A DNA stretch of 63,252 bases, counting the filler, from Candidatus Rokuibacteriota bacterium (GTDB lineage Bacteria; JAUVQV01; DATDCY01), in NCBI GenBank assembly GCA_031406795.1. It is 9 parts of 9 records of this genome, joined end to end, with 100 filler letters (N's around TTAATTAATTAA, not from the genome) between each part and the next. Parts side by side here need not be neighbours in the genome. Positions count along the whole stretch, not along the records: positions 14,841 to 29,852 come from JANOHV010000132.1; positions 29,953 to 33,686 come from JANOHV010000143.1; positions 33,787 to 38,200 come from JANOHV010000146.1; positions 38,301 to 41,602 come from JANOHV010000184.1; 5 more parts are not named here. The stretch is one strand, 5' to 3'. Made by a program: the position numbers and the translations under genes. Positions 28,452-38,817 of the stretch are shown here, piece by piece. Below the pieces are notes generated by a model that worked only from the letters and a program-made list of their open reading frames with translations, had not been told where the DNA came from and ran no database searches. The first letter of the stretch is position 1; each line of letters opens with the position of its first letter.

Positions 28452-29852
28452 CTAACGGGAACGCAGTTTCTCGGGGACGAAGTCGAGGTCGCTGGCTTCG
28501 CGGACCGCGAGCCCGATCTGGAAATCCATCACATCGCGGGGGACCGGCAGCTGGTAGCCCACCAGACAGGCCGCGAGGGCCGGGACGGCCGCCAGCCCCT
28601 GCGTGCGCGCCAGGCGATACGCCTTCACCGCGATCGCCTCGGCCGCCCCGGGGGTGAGCATCTCCGGAATCGTCGACTCCAGGCCGGCGTACGCCTCCTC
28701 CGGGATGTCCAGGCCGACCCGCCTGCAGAGCGCCCGCAACAGCGTGAAACCCTCGCGGGGTTCGAGCGTCGGGAAAAGCGGGATCTTGACGTCGATGCGT
28801 CCGGGCCGCTTGATGTCGACTTCGATCAGGTCGGGGCGGCTCGAAGCGAGGATCCAGAGGATCTTCCCCCGGTTGTCGGTGTCGCTCATCTCCTCGGCGA
28901 TCATCGAATAGATGCGCCCCGACACGCCGGAGTCGTTGCTGGAGGACTCGCGCCGCCCGAGCGCCTGGTCGGCTTCGTCCACGAACACGATGCAGCGGCC
29001 GAGCGCGTGCAACAGACGGAAGATCCGCTCGAGGTTGCCCTCGGTGCTCCCCACCCACTTGTCGCGGAAGTTCTTCATCTTGACGACCGGGACGCCCGCC
29101 TCGCCGGCGAGGCACTCGACGAGGAATGTCTTGCCCGTCCCGACCGGCCCGCAGAAGAGATACCCCATCGGCAGCGCCTTGAGATCGTCCTGCTTCCACA
29201 GGGCGATGTCCTGCCGCAGCCAGGCCTTGACCTTCTCGCTCCCGTAGATGTCGTCGAGCGTGCGCCGGCTCTCGACAAAGCCGATCAGCCCGCTGTAATC
29301 CTGCTCGACGAGCGACTTCTTGAGCGCCACGAGGCCGGCGGGTTCGACCGCCCGGCCCGCATGGCGCGCCGATTTGAGCAGCTGCTCCACGGAACTCAGG
29401 GCGACCCCCGCCAGCTGGCGCGCGAGCGAGTCCAGCCGGCCGGCGTACCCGGCGAGGGCGGCGGCGTACGCCGGCTCGAGCACGCGCAGCGTCTCGCTCA
29501 GCGCGGCTGCATCGGGAAGCGGCACCTTGATCTTCGCGGCGTGGGCGTTGTTCGCGAGCAGCGGGTGCAGGTCGTTGAGGTTCTCGGCCACCAGGAAGGT
29601 CGCGATCTGGTGACCGCCGATCAGGCTGTCGTTCGCCCAATCGCGCAGCAGCAGCACGACCGCACCCTGGTCGTAGCCGCCCGCGTCCCCGGCCGGCGCG
29701 ATCAGCTCCGCCGCCTCGAGCAGCACCGCGACGCGGGGCGTCGATTTGCCGAGCCGCCCGAGATTCGCGGTATACCGCAGATAGTGGGTCAGCGACTCGA
29801 CCGCGCCGCGCGGCGCCCGGGGCAGCTCGCCGAGCCGCTGCAGGGCGGGCCA
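28452..29852 (-). CDS. AAA+ ATPase (5'-partial)
   Basis: GPVGTGKT, KWVG pore loop, FVDE, RPGRID. Confidence 0.88.
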   Translation of the reverse strand, partial: WPALQRLGELPRAPRGAVESLTHYLRYTANLGRLGKSTPRVAVLLEAAELIAPAGDAGGYDQGAVVLLLRDWANDSLIGGHQIATFLVAENLNDLHPLLANNAHAAKIKVPLPDAAALSETLRVLEPAYAAALAGYAGRLDSLARQLAGVALSSVEQLLKSARHAGRAVEPAGLVALKKSLVEQDYSGLIGFVESRRTLDDIYGSEKVKAWLRQDIALWKQDDLKALPMGYLFCGPVGTGKTFLVECLAGEAGVPVVKMKNFRDKWVGSTEGNLERIFRLLHALGRCIVFVDEADQALGRRESSSNDSGVSGRIYSMIAEEMSDTDNRGKILWILASSRPDLIEVDIKRPGRIDVKIPLFPTLEPREGFTLLRALCRRVGLDIPEEAYAGLESTIPEMLTPGAAEAIAVKAYRLARTQGLAAVPALAACLVGYQLPVPRDVMDFQIGLAVREASDLDFVPEKLRSR

Positions 29853-29984
29853 NNNNNNNNNNNNNNNNNNNNNNNNNNNNNNNNNNNNNNNNNNNNTTAA
29901 TTAATTAANNNNNNNNNNNNNNNNNNNNNNNNNNNNNNNNNNNNNNNNNNNNTCTCGAAGACCGAGACGACGTGCTCGAGAAGC

Positions 29985-30233
29985 TCAGACGGCCCCATGC
30001 GACATCCTGTGCGCCACTTCGCGGCGGACGCGCTCCGTGGTCCAGTCCGGATGAGTGCTTGAAAGGTGTGCCTTCAGCATGCAACAAGACGACTCCCAAA
30101 GCGCAAAGGAGGTCCGAAGCCGCTCGGCGGGCGTCTTGCGTCTCAGGATCGAGGCCATTTCGCGATCCATGACTTCGATCTGCCCGGGATCGAGGCGCTG
30201 TAAACACGCGCTCATTTTATGGATGTTGTTCAC
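29985..30233 (-). CDS. Small antitoxin-like partner of a nucleotidyltransferase
   Basis: ILRRKTPAERL...HPDWT; overlaps the start of MGPSELL, which continues at 45350. Confidence 0.7.
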   Translation of the reverse strand: MNNIHKMSACLQRLDPGQIEVMDREMASILRRKTPAERLRTSFALWESSCCMLKAHLSSTHPDWTTERVRREVAHRMSHGAV

Positions 30234-30337
30234 AATCTACCGCCGGTCCCCGTCGCAGGGGACAGCCGGAAAGAAAGCAACGGTCGTTGCAATCACGCTG
30301 TGTTGATTATGAAGCATAAGCTTGTTTTTCAAGCATA
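30231..30337 (-). promoter_or_regulatory. Promoter plus ops-like leader element A, copy 1
   Basis: TTGAAA-N15-CATAAT, AGCGTGA, gtcccc/ggggac hairpin, GGCGGTAGATTG overlapping GTG. Confidence 0.75.
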
Positions 30338-30359
30338 CACTCATTCGGCGATGAACCCT

Positions 30360-30499
30360 GGCCACTTGATGCTTTTCTCAGGGCAAACCAGGAATGATGT
30401 TCATGGCCAGCTGGCACTTGGCCTTATACCCCGCCGGGGACAAGACGATGACAAGCGCGGCGAGGCAGAGGGATTTCAGGAGAAGCGGGGTTTTCCCGG
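30360..30499 (-). repeat. Repeat element B, copy 1
   Basis: gaaaaccccgcttctcctgaaatccctctgcctcgc...ccccggcggggtataag, shared with 30829 and 46719. Confidence 0.85.
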
Positions 30500-30504
30500 T
30501 ATTC

Positions 30505-30777
30505 TTACGGATGTGTCTTTTCTGGCCGGCGCGCCGGGAGACCGAACAACATGCCTTCCACGCTGATGTCCTCGTCGACATCCGGCCAATGGACCCCGAT
30601 GCCGTCACCGATAATCTCGAAGCGCTGCCGTTGTTCGGGAGTCGCCTCCGAGAGGCGCCAGGACCATGCCAGGGGAACGCTGACAACACGCCCGTCGACC
30701 AGGACTGCCGTTATCTGATCCTCGGTAACTTTGATTCCGGCTAGCCGTGGCTCTAAGATGTTAACCGCAATGTTCAT
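30505..30777 (-). CDS. DUF2442-like antitoxin
   Basis: L.DGR..SVPLAW, L..AT, GVHWPDVDEDISVEG. Confidence 0.85.
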   Translation of the reverse strand: MNIAVNILEPRLAGIKVTEDQITAVLVDGRVVSVPLAWSWRLSEATPEQRQRFEIIGDGIGVHWPDVDEDISVEGMLFGLPARRPEKTHP

Positions 30778-30833
30778 CCCATGCCTCCTTGATCCTGTCC
30801 GCAGCGTGGATCATATTCACGCCCGGCAGGCAC
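30761..30833 (-). pseudogene. Remnant of a DUF4160-like partner gene
   Basis: Tail RIKEAWDEHCG* overlaps the DUF2442 start; the rest is missing. Confidence 0.5.
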
Positions 30834-30912
30834 TTGAGCTAATACCCCGCCGGGGAAAGGACGATGACATGCGCTGCGAGGCAGAGGGATTTCAGGAGAA
30901 GCGGGGTTTTCC
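30829..30912 (-). repeat. Repeat element B, copy 2
   Basis: About 85 bp closely matching copy 1. Confidence 0.85.
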
Positions 30913-30960
30913 GATGCTGCCGGAAAGAAGGCAGCGGCGGCCAGACGAACCGGGGATGCG

Positions 30961-31374
30961 TCATGGTGGGGAAGCGCCCTCACCCGCCGTCACCAGCGCC
31001 CGAATGCGGGCCGCGACATCCTCCACCTCTCGGCGGAGGGCCGGCAGATCCTCGGCAGCGAAGTCGAACGTGGGGTTGTAATCGGCTTCTTCGCGGTACT
31101 TCATCAGCTTGGCGAAGAGTTGCGTCGCGCTCCGGTCCAGCGGCCCATCTTTCACGAAGTTTTGCCCGAGCATCCGCAATGCACCCTCGTGGCTGCGCAC
31201 CTCCAGGCCCTGGGTGAGGAGCAGTGCGCGCACGAGGTACAGAAACGCGTAATAGAGCTTGGAGACGGCATCGTTGACGAAACCGTGATCGATCAGGACC
31301 TCGAGCGCTTGAAAGGCGCGCTCGGCACGCGCCAACTCGTCAGCGATGTTACGTTCGCGGTTTTTCTGGTTCAC
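30961..31374 (-). CDS. HEPN-domain protein
   Basis: AVSKLYYAF, SHEG, REEADY; GTGA overlap with the MNT gene. Confidence 0.85.
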   Translation of the reverse strand: MNQKNRERNIADELARAERAFQALEVLIDHGFVNDAVSKLYYAFLYLVRALLLTQGLEVRSHEGALRMLGQNFVKDGPLDRSATQLFAKLMKYREEADYNPTFDFAAEDLPALRREVEDVAARIRALVTAGEGASPP

Positions 31375-31763
31375 AGGGGCACACCCTCCCGTTCGATATC
31401 CGCGGCAATGCGACGCTCGCGCTCCTTGAGCTCCCGAAAATGATCTGCGGAGAATAGCAGGAAGGAAACCGGGAAATTGTGGTGAGCTTCCACCGCGCAC
31501 ACGGCGTCGAGGATGCGGGTGTGCTCCGCGCGGGTGAGGTGCTCCACAACTGCGGCGACATCGATATCGGATCTCGGCTCCCAATCACCGCGGGCGCGCG
31601 AACCGAAAAGCACAAACCTGGTGAGACGCGAACCGGCGATGGCGCTCACCGTCTGCTTGAGCTCACGCAATATGGCTGTAACGTCGGGCGCAGACTTCGG
31701 ATCGCTGCCAGCTGGACGCCCCTCGGTGAGGAAGGAAAACTCCTGCGCGGCAAGATCGATCAC
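31371..31763 (-). CDS. Minimal nucleotidyltransferase (MNT) antitoxin
   Basis: LFGSRARGDWEPRSDID. Confidence 0.88.
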   Translation of the reverse strand: MIDLAAQEFSFLTEGRPAGSDPKSAPDVTAILRELKQTVSAIAGSRLTRFVLFGSRARGDWEPRSDIDVAAVVEHLTRAEHTRILDAVCAVEAHHNFPVSFLLFSADHFRELKERERRIAADIEREGVPL

Positions 31764-31872
31764 GACAAGCTACCGCCGATCCCCATCGCAGGGGACTGCC
31801 GGAAAGGAGGCAGCAACGGCCGCATTCACGGTGAGTTCATCATGAATGATAAGTACTTGTCTTTCAAGCACA
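31764..31872 (-). promoter_or_regulatory. Promoter plus ops-like leader element A, copy 2
   Basis: TTGAAA-N17-CATGAT, ACCGTGA, hairpin, GGCGGTAGCTTGTC then GTG. Confidence 0.78.
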
Positions 31873-31904
31873 TACGTATCATCGGGCGTGGCGGAAGGCG
31901 GTCC

Positions 31905-33179
31905 TCACTGTCGCAGCAGGTACTTCCAGGCAGCCTGCGCCCCGGGCAAATCACGCTCCCGACCGGGAACGTACTCGTGATAGAGCAGTGCGCCCTCCGC
32001 CTTCGGCCATCGGGTGGCGCCGAATGCCATGGCAGCCTTCTCCCGCTGGAAGGTTTCGGCGTCGGCCAGGCTCCAGCAGGTGTTGACGAACAGCTTCCCC
32101 TCGGCGTCGCACAGATCGACCTCGCTGCCGTTGGCGTAGTAGAAGAAGTCCTTGCGGCTGCGCCGGTTTTCGAGGAACACCACGGTCTCCAGCTTGTGGC
32201 CCAGGTCGCGGCTCGGAAAAGCCTGGAAGGCGGCGATCAATCCCGTGTCGATCACGTGCAGCTTCTTCGGGTTGTGCGCCTGCTTGCGGATGGAGGTCTC
32301 CCGCTTCGGCAGCAGAAACACGAGAAAAGCGTCTTCAAGGTAGCCGAGGTAGTCGAAGAGCGTGTTCCTGGAGACGGTATACCCCTGCGATGCGAAATCC
32401 CGGTGCAGCTTGCTCACGTTCAGCAGCGACCCGGTATTGCGGAAGCAGTGCCGCAGCAGCTCGCGCATCAGTTTTTCGTTGCGCACGGCGTAGCGCTCCA
32501 CCACGTCCCGGTAGAGCATCAGCGACGAGTACTCCTCCAGGATCAGCGGCCGCAGCGCCTCGTCGGCCAGCACGATCTCCGGGAAACCGCCGCAGAGCAG
32601 ATAGGCCTCCAATTCATGGCGCAGAAGGCTCTCGTTGTCGGCGTCGTGCGGTACGACCTCGATGCCTCGAAACGTCAGGTATTCCCGGAAGGAAAGCGGG
32701 AAAACTTCCAGGGTGACGCTGCGCCCCCGCAAGGCTGTGGCCAGGTCCCGCGTCAGCAGCTGCGAGGAGGATCCGGTGACGAAGACCTCCACGTCTTCCG
32801 TGTCGCGCAGACGGCGAACCCAACGCTCCCAGCCGGGCACGGTTTGCACCTCGTCGAGAAAGAGGTAGCTGCGCTTTCCCGCCGTTTCAGGGAACACCTC
32901 GTGCCAGCAGCGCAGCACCAGATCCAGCTCCTCGGCCCGGATGGGATGCAGACGATCATCTTCGAAATTCAAGTAAAGGATGCGCCGGCGATCGACACCC
33001 TGCGCGACCAGACGCTGAATGGCAGCGAAGAAAAGAAACGTCTTCCCGGACCGCCTGACACCGGCCAGGCCGACGACCTTGCCCGTATCGGTGGGCAGAG
33101 CCAGCTTGCGCGGTTTGCAGGCCGGCAATGCCCGCTCGGCGAACTGGCGGATGACGTACTTAAGATTGTCACTTGTCAT
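31905..33179 (-). CDS. AAA_14/DUF4143 ATP-binding protein
   Basis: GVRRSGKT, FLDEVQ, TGSS, GGFPE, KLHVIDTG, EVD. Confidence 0.9.
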   Translation of the reverse strand: MTSDNLKYVIRQFAERALPACKPRKLALPTDTGKVVGLAGVRRSGKTFLFFAAIQRLVAQGVDRRRILYLNFEDDRLHPIRAEELDLVLRCWHEVFPETAGKRSYLFLDEVQTVPGWERWVRRLRDTEDVEVFVTGSSSQLLTRDLATALRGRSVTLEVFPLSFREYLTFRGIEVVPHDADNESLLRHELEAYLLCGGFPEIVLADEALRPLILEEYSSLMLYRDVVERYAVRNEKLMRELLRHCFRNTGSLLNVSKLHRDFASQGYTVSRNTLFDYLGYLEDAFLVFLLPKRETSIRKQAHNPKKLHVIDTGLIAAFQAFPSRDLGHKLETVVFLENRRSRKDFFYYANGSEVDLCDAEGKLFVNTCWSLADAETFQREKAAMAFGATRWPKAEGALLYHEYVPGRERDLPGAQAAWKYLLRQ

Positions 33180-33270
33180 AGGGACAATATATCAAAAGTC
33201 GTATCCACATGGAAGTATGATATTGCCGGTGGCGGCCTCATCGACAATGCGGTACCGATGCCGCCAAGTC

Positions 33271-33686
33271 CTACTCCTCGAGCCCCTTCCACTCCAGGAA
33301 GGCATCCACCACTGCGCGGGCGTCGGCGGTTTGCGGCGCAATGCTCTTTACGAGGTTGATGTCCCCTGAGGCCCTCCAGGCGATTTCCAGGGACTTGAAG
33401 AGATATGTGGCCCGCAGCCGCGCCAGGTACCAGGGCGCCCGCCTCTCGATCATGAGCCTCTTCTCCGCGGATTCGGGGATGATGTGGCTGTCGTCGAGTT
33501 GCGCCAGCTTCCGCGCTTGCTCCAGGGCTTCCGCCCTTCCCCCGGCCAGCAGATAGATCGTCGCGGCCGAGAGGCGCAGCGGGGCGTTCACCGGGTAGGC
33601 GGCAAGCGCCAGGCTGATCTGCGCATCGGCGCGTCGGAGATTGCCGTCCGCGGCGGCGTAGATCTGTCCCAACGCCAGGTGCTGGT
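33271..33686 (-). CDS. TPR-like C-terminus of an unidentified protein (5'-partial)
   Basis: Helical Ala/Leu-rich frame open to the contig end. Confidence 0.55.
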
Positions 33687-33811
33687 NNNNNNNNNNNNNN
33701 NNNNNNNNNNNNNNNNNNNNNNNNNNNNNNTTAATTAATTAANNNNNNNNNNNNNNNNNNNNNNNNNNNNNNNNNNNNNNNNNNNNACCCCTCTTTATGA
33801 GCGCAGAGCAT

Positions 33812-33827
33812 AGCAAATAAGGTGCCA
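33812..33827 (-). promoter_or_regulatory. Sigma54 promoter for a gene beyond the contig end
   Basis: Minus strand TGGCACCTTATTTGCT followed by an AAGAGGGG RBS; GTCTCA-N5-TGAGAC palindrome at 33940-33956. Confidence 0.7.
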
Positions 33828-33993
33828 CATTTGTCGCACGAGCGGCATCTGCAACAGAAGTGCCCGTCAATAAAGTATTTTTCCGGCAAGCACCCGCGCA
33901 AGCCGTTCAGAAGACTCGCGGCTCCGATTTCGTTCATCTGTCTCATCGGCTGAGACGGATGCGACAGGCGAGACAGCCGGCGCGATCATGGTC

Positions 33994-36900
33994 TCAGCGC
34001 TTGCGGGTCATGCCGCCGAGCGGGATCGTACCCTCATAGCCGAATCGGGTCTGCCAGAAACCATCCGTGCTCTTGAAGACATACCAGTTGCCACCGGGCG
34101 GGTAGTAACAGCCGATGTCCGCGCGCCCGTCGCCATCGAAGTCTCCGACCACGGGTTCCGTTCCCGCATAGCCGAAGGTCGTTTGCCAGAACCCTTCCGT
34201 GCTCTTGAAAATGTACCAGTTGCCCCCGGCGGGATCGTAGCAGCCGATGTCGTCCCGGCCGTCCCCGTCGAAATCGCCGACCACGGGGAGGGTGCCTTTG
34301 TACCCGAAGGTCGTCTCCCAGAAACCCTCCGTGCTCTTGAAGAGATACCAGTTGCCGCCGACCTCAGAGTAGACACCGACGTCCTTCCGGCCGTCCCCGT
34401 CGAAGTCACCGACCACCGGGGTGCCGGCGAAGCCGACTGCAGTCTCCCGGAAACCCTCAGTGCTCATCGAGAGAAACCACTTCCCGTTCCGGGGGTCGTA
34501 GACCCCGATGTCGTCCCGACCGTCGGCGTCGAAGTCTCCCGCAATGGGGATGGTCCCGGAATAGCCGAAGCTCGACTGCCAGAATCCTTCCTGGCTCTTC
34601 ATGACGTACCAGTGCCCGCTCTCGGGGTGGTAGCAGCCGATGTCGGTCTTCCCGTCGCCGTCGAAGTCCCCGGTGATCGGGATGGTCCCCTCGTAGCCGA
34701 AGGCCGTCGACCAGAACCCGTCCGTGCTTCTGAATTCGTACCAGTTGCCCCCGGGCGGGTAATAGCAGACGATATCCGACCTGCCGTCGCCGTCGAAATC
34801 GTTGACCGCCGCCGGAGCCAGCATGATCGCGAAGATCTTCTCCGTCCAATAGCCGGCGCCGCCCTGGTCCCGCGACCTGACCCGGATGCGGTACGCGTTC
34901 TGCATCGAATAGTCGAGCACGGCGGCGGTCTGGATCTCATTCCCCGCGATCCTGAAGGAAGCATTGTCCGCGTCCCCCGATCCGGGGACCAGCGAATAGA
35001 CGAAGGTTTCGCCGGCGTCGGCGTCCGTGGTGCTCAACGTCCCGAGGGGCAGCCCGAGGGTCGTGCCGACCGGGGGGACATCGACCAGAATGGTCTTGCT
35101 CAACGCGATGTCGGTCGGGGGATTGTCCGGCACGACGGCAGCGGACGCCGCGGAAGCCGGTCCTGTTCCGAGCGCGTTTGTCGCCGTCACGCTGAACGTA
35201 TATGCGCTGAAGTTGGCCAACCCGGTAACAACCAGTGGGCTCGCCGGACCGCTGATCGAGAAGCCGCCGCGGTCCGCAGTTGCCGTGTAGGAGATGATCG
35301 GACTGCCGCCGTCGTAAGCCGGCGCGGCGAAGTTCACGCTGACCTGACCGCTGTTGGCGAACGCGGCGCCGATGATCGGCGCGTCGGGAACGGACTTGAA
35401 CGGCGTGACGGGATTGGAAGCCGGCGACGCCGATCCGGGACCGGCGGCGTTCGTCGCGGTCACCTTGAAGGCATAGGAGATGCCGTCGGTCAAGCCGGTG
35501 ATGGCGTGTCCGAGGGCCGTCGTTCCGGCATTGACGTCCACCCCGCCCGGAGGAAGCGACGCAACCGTGTAACCGGTGATCGCACTTCCGCCGTCGAACC
35601 CCGGCGCGGTGATAATCACCGTCGCCTTGGTGCTGAAGGCCGTGGTCGCGACCGGTGCGGGCGGCGCGTCGGGAACGGTGTACGGGGTGACCCGGTTCGA
35701 CGGCGCCGACGGCAGCCCGGTCCCGGCGCCATTGGCCGCGGTGACGGTGAACGTGTAGGGCACCCCGTTGGCGAGCCCGGTGATCAGATGCGTCAGCGCG
35801 GTTGAACCGGCATCGTCGTCCGCGCCCCCCGCGGGGCTGGGGAGCACGGTGTACCCGGCGATCGTGCTCCCCCCGTCAAACGCCGGAGGGGAGAAAGACA
35901 CGGTAGCCTGGGCATTGAGGGGTGTGGCCGCGGCCGAGACCAGACGTGGCTGATCCGGAACCGTGAAGGGCGTCACCGGACTCGTGGCCGCCGACGCCGG
36001 TCCCGTCGCGGCGGCATTGGTTGCGGTCACCGTGAACGTGTAGGCGGTGCCGTTGGCAAGCCCGGTGACCGTGATCGGACCGATCGGGGTGCCCGGCCCC
36101 AGGGCGGTGATGCCGCCGGGGTTCGACGTGGCGGTATAGGAGGTGATCGGACTTCCCCCGTCGAAAAGCGGTGCCGTGAAACTCACCGAGACCTGGCCGT
36201 TGGCCGGCGTGGCGGTTCCGATGGTTGGTGCTGCGGGGGCGGTAGCCCCAGCGGGAACGGCGTTCGATGGCGCCGAGGCGGGCCCGGTTCCTGCCGCGTT
36301 TGTTGCCGTAACCGTGAAGAAGTAGCTCGTGCCGTTGGTCAACCCGGGGACGGCAATCCGGAGCGGCAGCGTGAACGGAGCGGCGATGGCGCCGGTCTGG
36401 CCGCCGGGGACGGAAGTCGCGGTGTACGAGGTGACTGCGCTTCCCCCATCCGCCGCGGGTGCGGTGAAGCTCACCGTCGCCACGGTCAGGTCGGTCGTGG
36501 CGGTGACCCCGGTCGGCGCTTCGGGGATCGAGATCAGCGTGAAGGGCACGGCGGCGGTTGCGCCCGGATCAGGCGTCGGCGAGGTCAGGAAGGTTCTGAC
36601 GTCGACGGCGACGGTGTGCGGCCCGAGGGCCGTGCCCGAGGGGACGGTCCACGACTTCGCATAGCTGTAGTCCTGCACCACGGCCCCATCGAAGGAGAAG
36701 CGATACTGCCCGGTCGGCACCGGCGGGGCCGCGCTGAACGTCGCCTGGGCGTTGAACTTCACCGGCGCAGCGTGAGGGCTGGCGAATTCTGGAGTGAGCG
36801 TGACGCCGGTGGCGGGCTGCCAGGAGGACGTGAGGACCGTCACCGGTGGCGTCGCAGCCGAGTCGCCGAAGGAGTTGTAGGCGACAACCGCGTAGGTATA

Positions 36901-38200
36901 CGTCGAACTGGGAATCACGTTCTTGTCCGTATAGCTCTGGAATTCGTACGTCAGCGTGTCGCCGACCGGCGTCGTCGAGAGGATCGGCATCGTGGCGATG
37001 AGGTCGGCGGAGGCGGGGGTGCAGGGACTTTCGCAGCGCAGCACCTTGAAACCGGTCGCCCTGCTGTAATCGTCGGTATCCGGCGTGGGGGGCACCGGTA
37101 GCGTGCGGAACTGGGTGTCCGTCCAGAGGAGGACGTTCTGCTGAAGCGGCGTCGCCACCGCGAACGCGCCCGGCACGTTCGGCGCGGCGCCCGGTTCATG
37201 CAGGATGATCGTCCGCATCATGTCGGCCTCCTCGTGGGAGAGGATGTGACAGTGCCAGACGTACTCGGCGAAGAAATTGGTCACCTGATTCGTGATCGGC
37301 GGATCGACAAGCAGACCCGTCACCGGATCGATCTGCGTGAAGCCCAGGCTCGAGCCGGGCGGCAGGCTCGGGTTCAGCAGTCGGCTGCTGGCGGGCAGGG
37401 AGAACGGCAGGTTCTTCGGCGCCTTAGGACGCAGCGCGACGATCGTGTCTTCCAGCGGGCTGATCCGCACGGTATCCTTCCAGCCCAGTTCATTCGGATC
37501 CGGCGGCCGGATGAAACCGTCCCAGCCGACCCGGTTGAGGATCTGCACGTCGAAGAGGTGGAAGTGAACCGGGTGCGTGTCGACGCCGTTCTGGGTGATC
37601 TTCCAGATTTGCGGCTCGCCGTCCAGCACGATCTCGGTGACCGGATCGACGTAGTTCTGAAGCATGAAGGTCTTCACGCCGGCGACGGTTACGGCCAGTT
37701 CGAGGCCCAGCTTGGCGCTCATCCGCCCGAATTCGTCGAAGACCTCGCCCATCTCGTCCTGGATGGCCTTGGACTGCATGAAGTAATTGTTCACCGGGAC
37801 CTGGTCGGTCGTGACGAAGGAGACGCTCTCGTCACCGATGCGCGACACGCCCCAATACGGGAAAGCGGTCGGGAAGGTCTTGTTATAGGCCGTGTCGTAG
37901 GCCGATTGGGCGACGATCACTGGATTCTGGGATTTTGCGAACACGCCGGGCACGAAGTCCCCCGCGGCGGCGCTGCCGGTCGACCTGAAAGCATTCTCCA
38001 GGTTCGTCAGCCAGGTCGGGTTGAAGTCGTTGACAGGAGCGGCGCCGCCGCTTCCCGAGACCCTGATCTGCATGATCGTGCGGGTGTTGGGGCCGAAGCC
38101 AACCGGCGTGCCGGCGGACCCGCCGATATCGGTCAGGTCTTCCGCGCCGGTGAAATAATCGTAGTGCGGATCCAGGGCCGGATAGGGGGCGGGGGAGTCA
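33994..38200 (-). CDS. Large multicopper oxidase with FN3, cadherin and FG-GAP modules (OmpB/MofA-like; 5'-partial)
   Basis: HPVHFH and WHCHILSHEEADMM copper motifs; repeated DGGS.IT.Y...YTFTVTA.N FN3 units; GDFDGDGR.DIG repeats. Confidence 0.88.
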
Positions 38201-38300
38201 NNNNNNNNNNNNNNNNNNNNNNNNNNNNNNNNNNNNNNNNNNNNTTAATTAATTAANNNNNNNNNNNNNNNNNNNNNNNNNNNNNNNNNNNNNNNNNNNN

Positions 38301-38615
38301 GACGAAAGCGCCCGGCTGGGCGACCGACTCGAGGTGCCCGAGAACGATTCCCATGATCCTCGAGCCGATCCCCTTGCGCTGGTACTTCGGCACGACGAGG
38401 ACGTCCTGGATCAGGAAAGTCAGCACGCCGTCGCCGATCACCCGCGCGCAGGCCACCGGCGCCTCGCCGTCCATGAGCACGACCACGTTGAAGAGATCGT
38501 CGCGCACCGCCCGCGCGGCCACCGGAAACCCAAGAGCCGGGAGCCCGAGTTCCTGCCGCACGTGCAGGTACTCTTGCGGCATCACTGAACGTCCGAGATA
38601 GCTGATCTTTGCCAT
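38301..38615 (-). CDS. GNAT acetyltransferase (3'-partial)
   Basis: ARVIGDG, IQDVLV.PKYQRKGIG. Confidence 0.85.
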
Positions 38616-38817
38616 GGCGCGGGATTCTACGTGCGGTGCGGGACGCTGTCAAACCCGACGCCGATTCCGAGGATCGAGGTCATCCCCCGGCTTGCGGCTT
38701 CGACGGCAACCGTGAATCACGACGAAGGCTCTTGAGTTTGCCTTCCCCAGGGCAGCTCTGCTATTGTCCACAGCTTGGGAAGGGTTTGAAAATGGTCCTG
38801 GGGAGGACTTGATCGCC

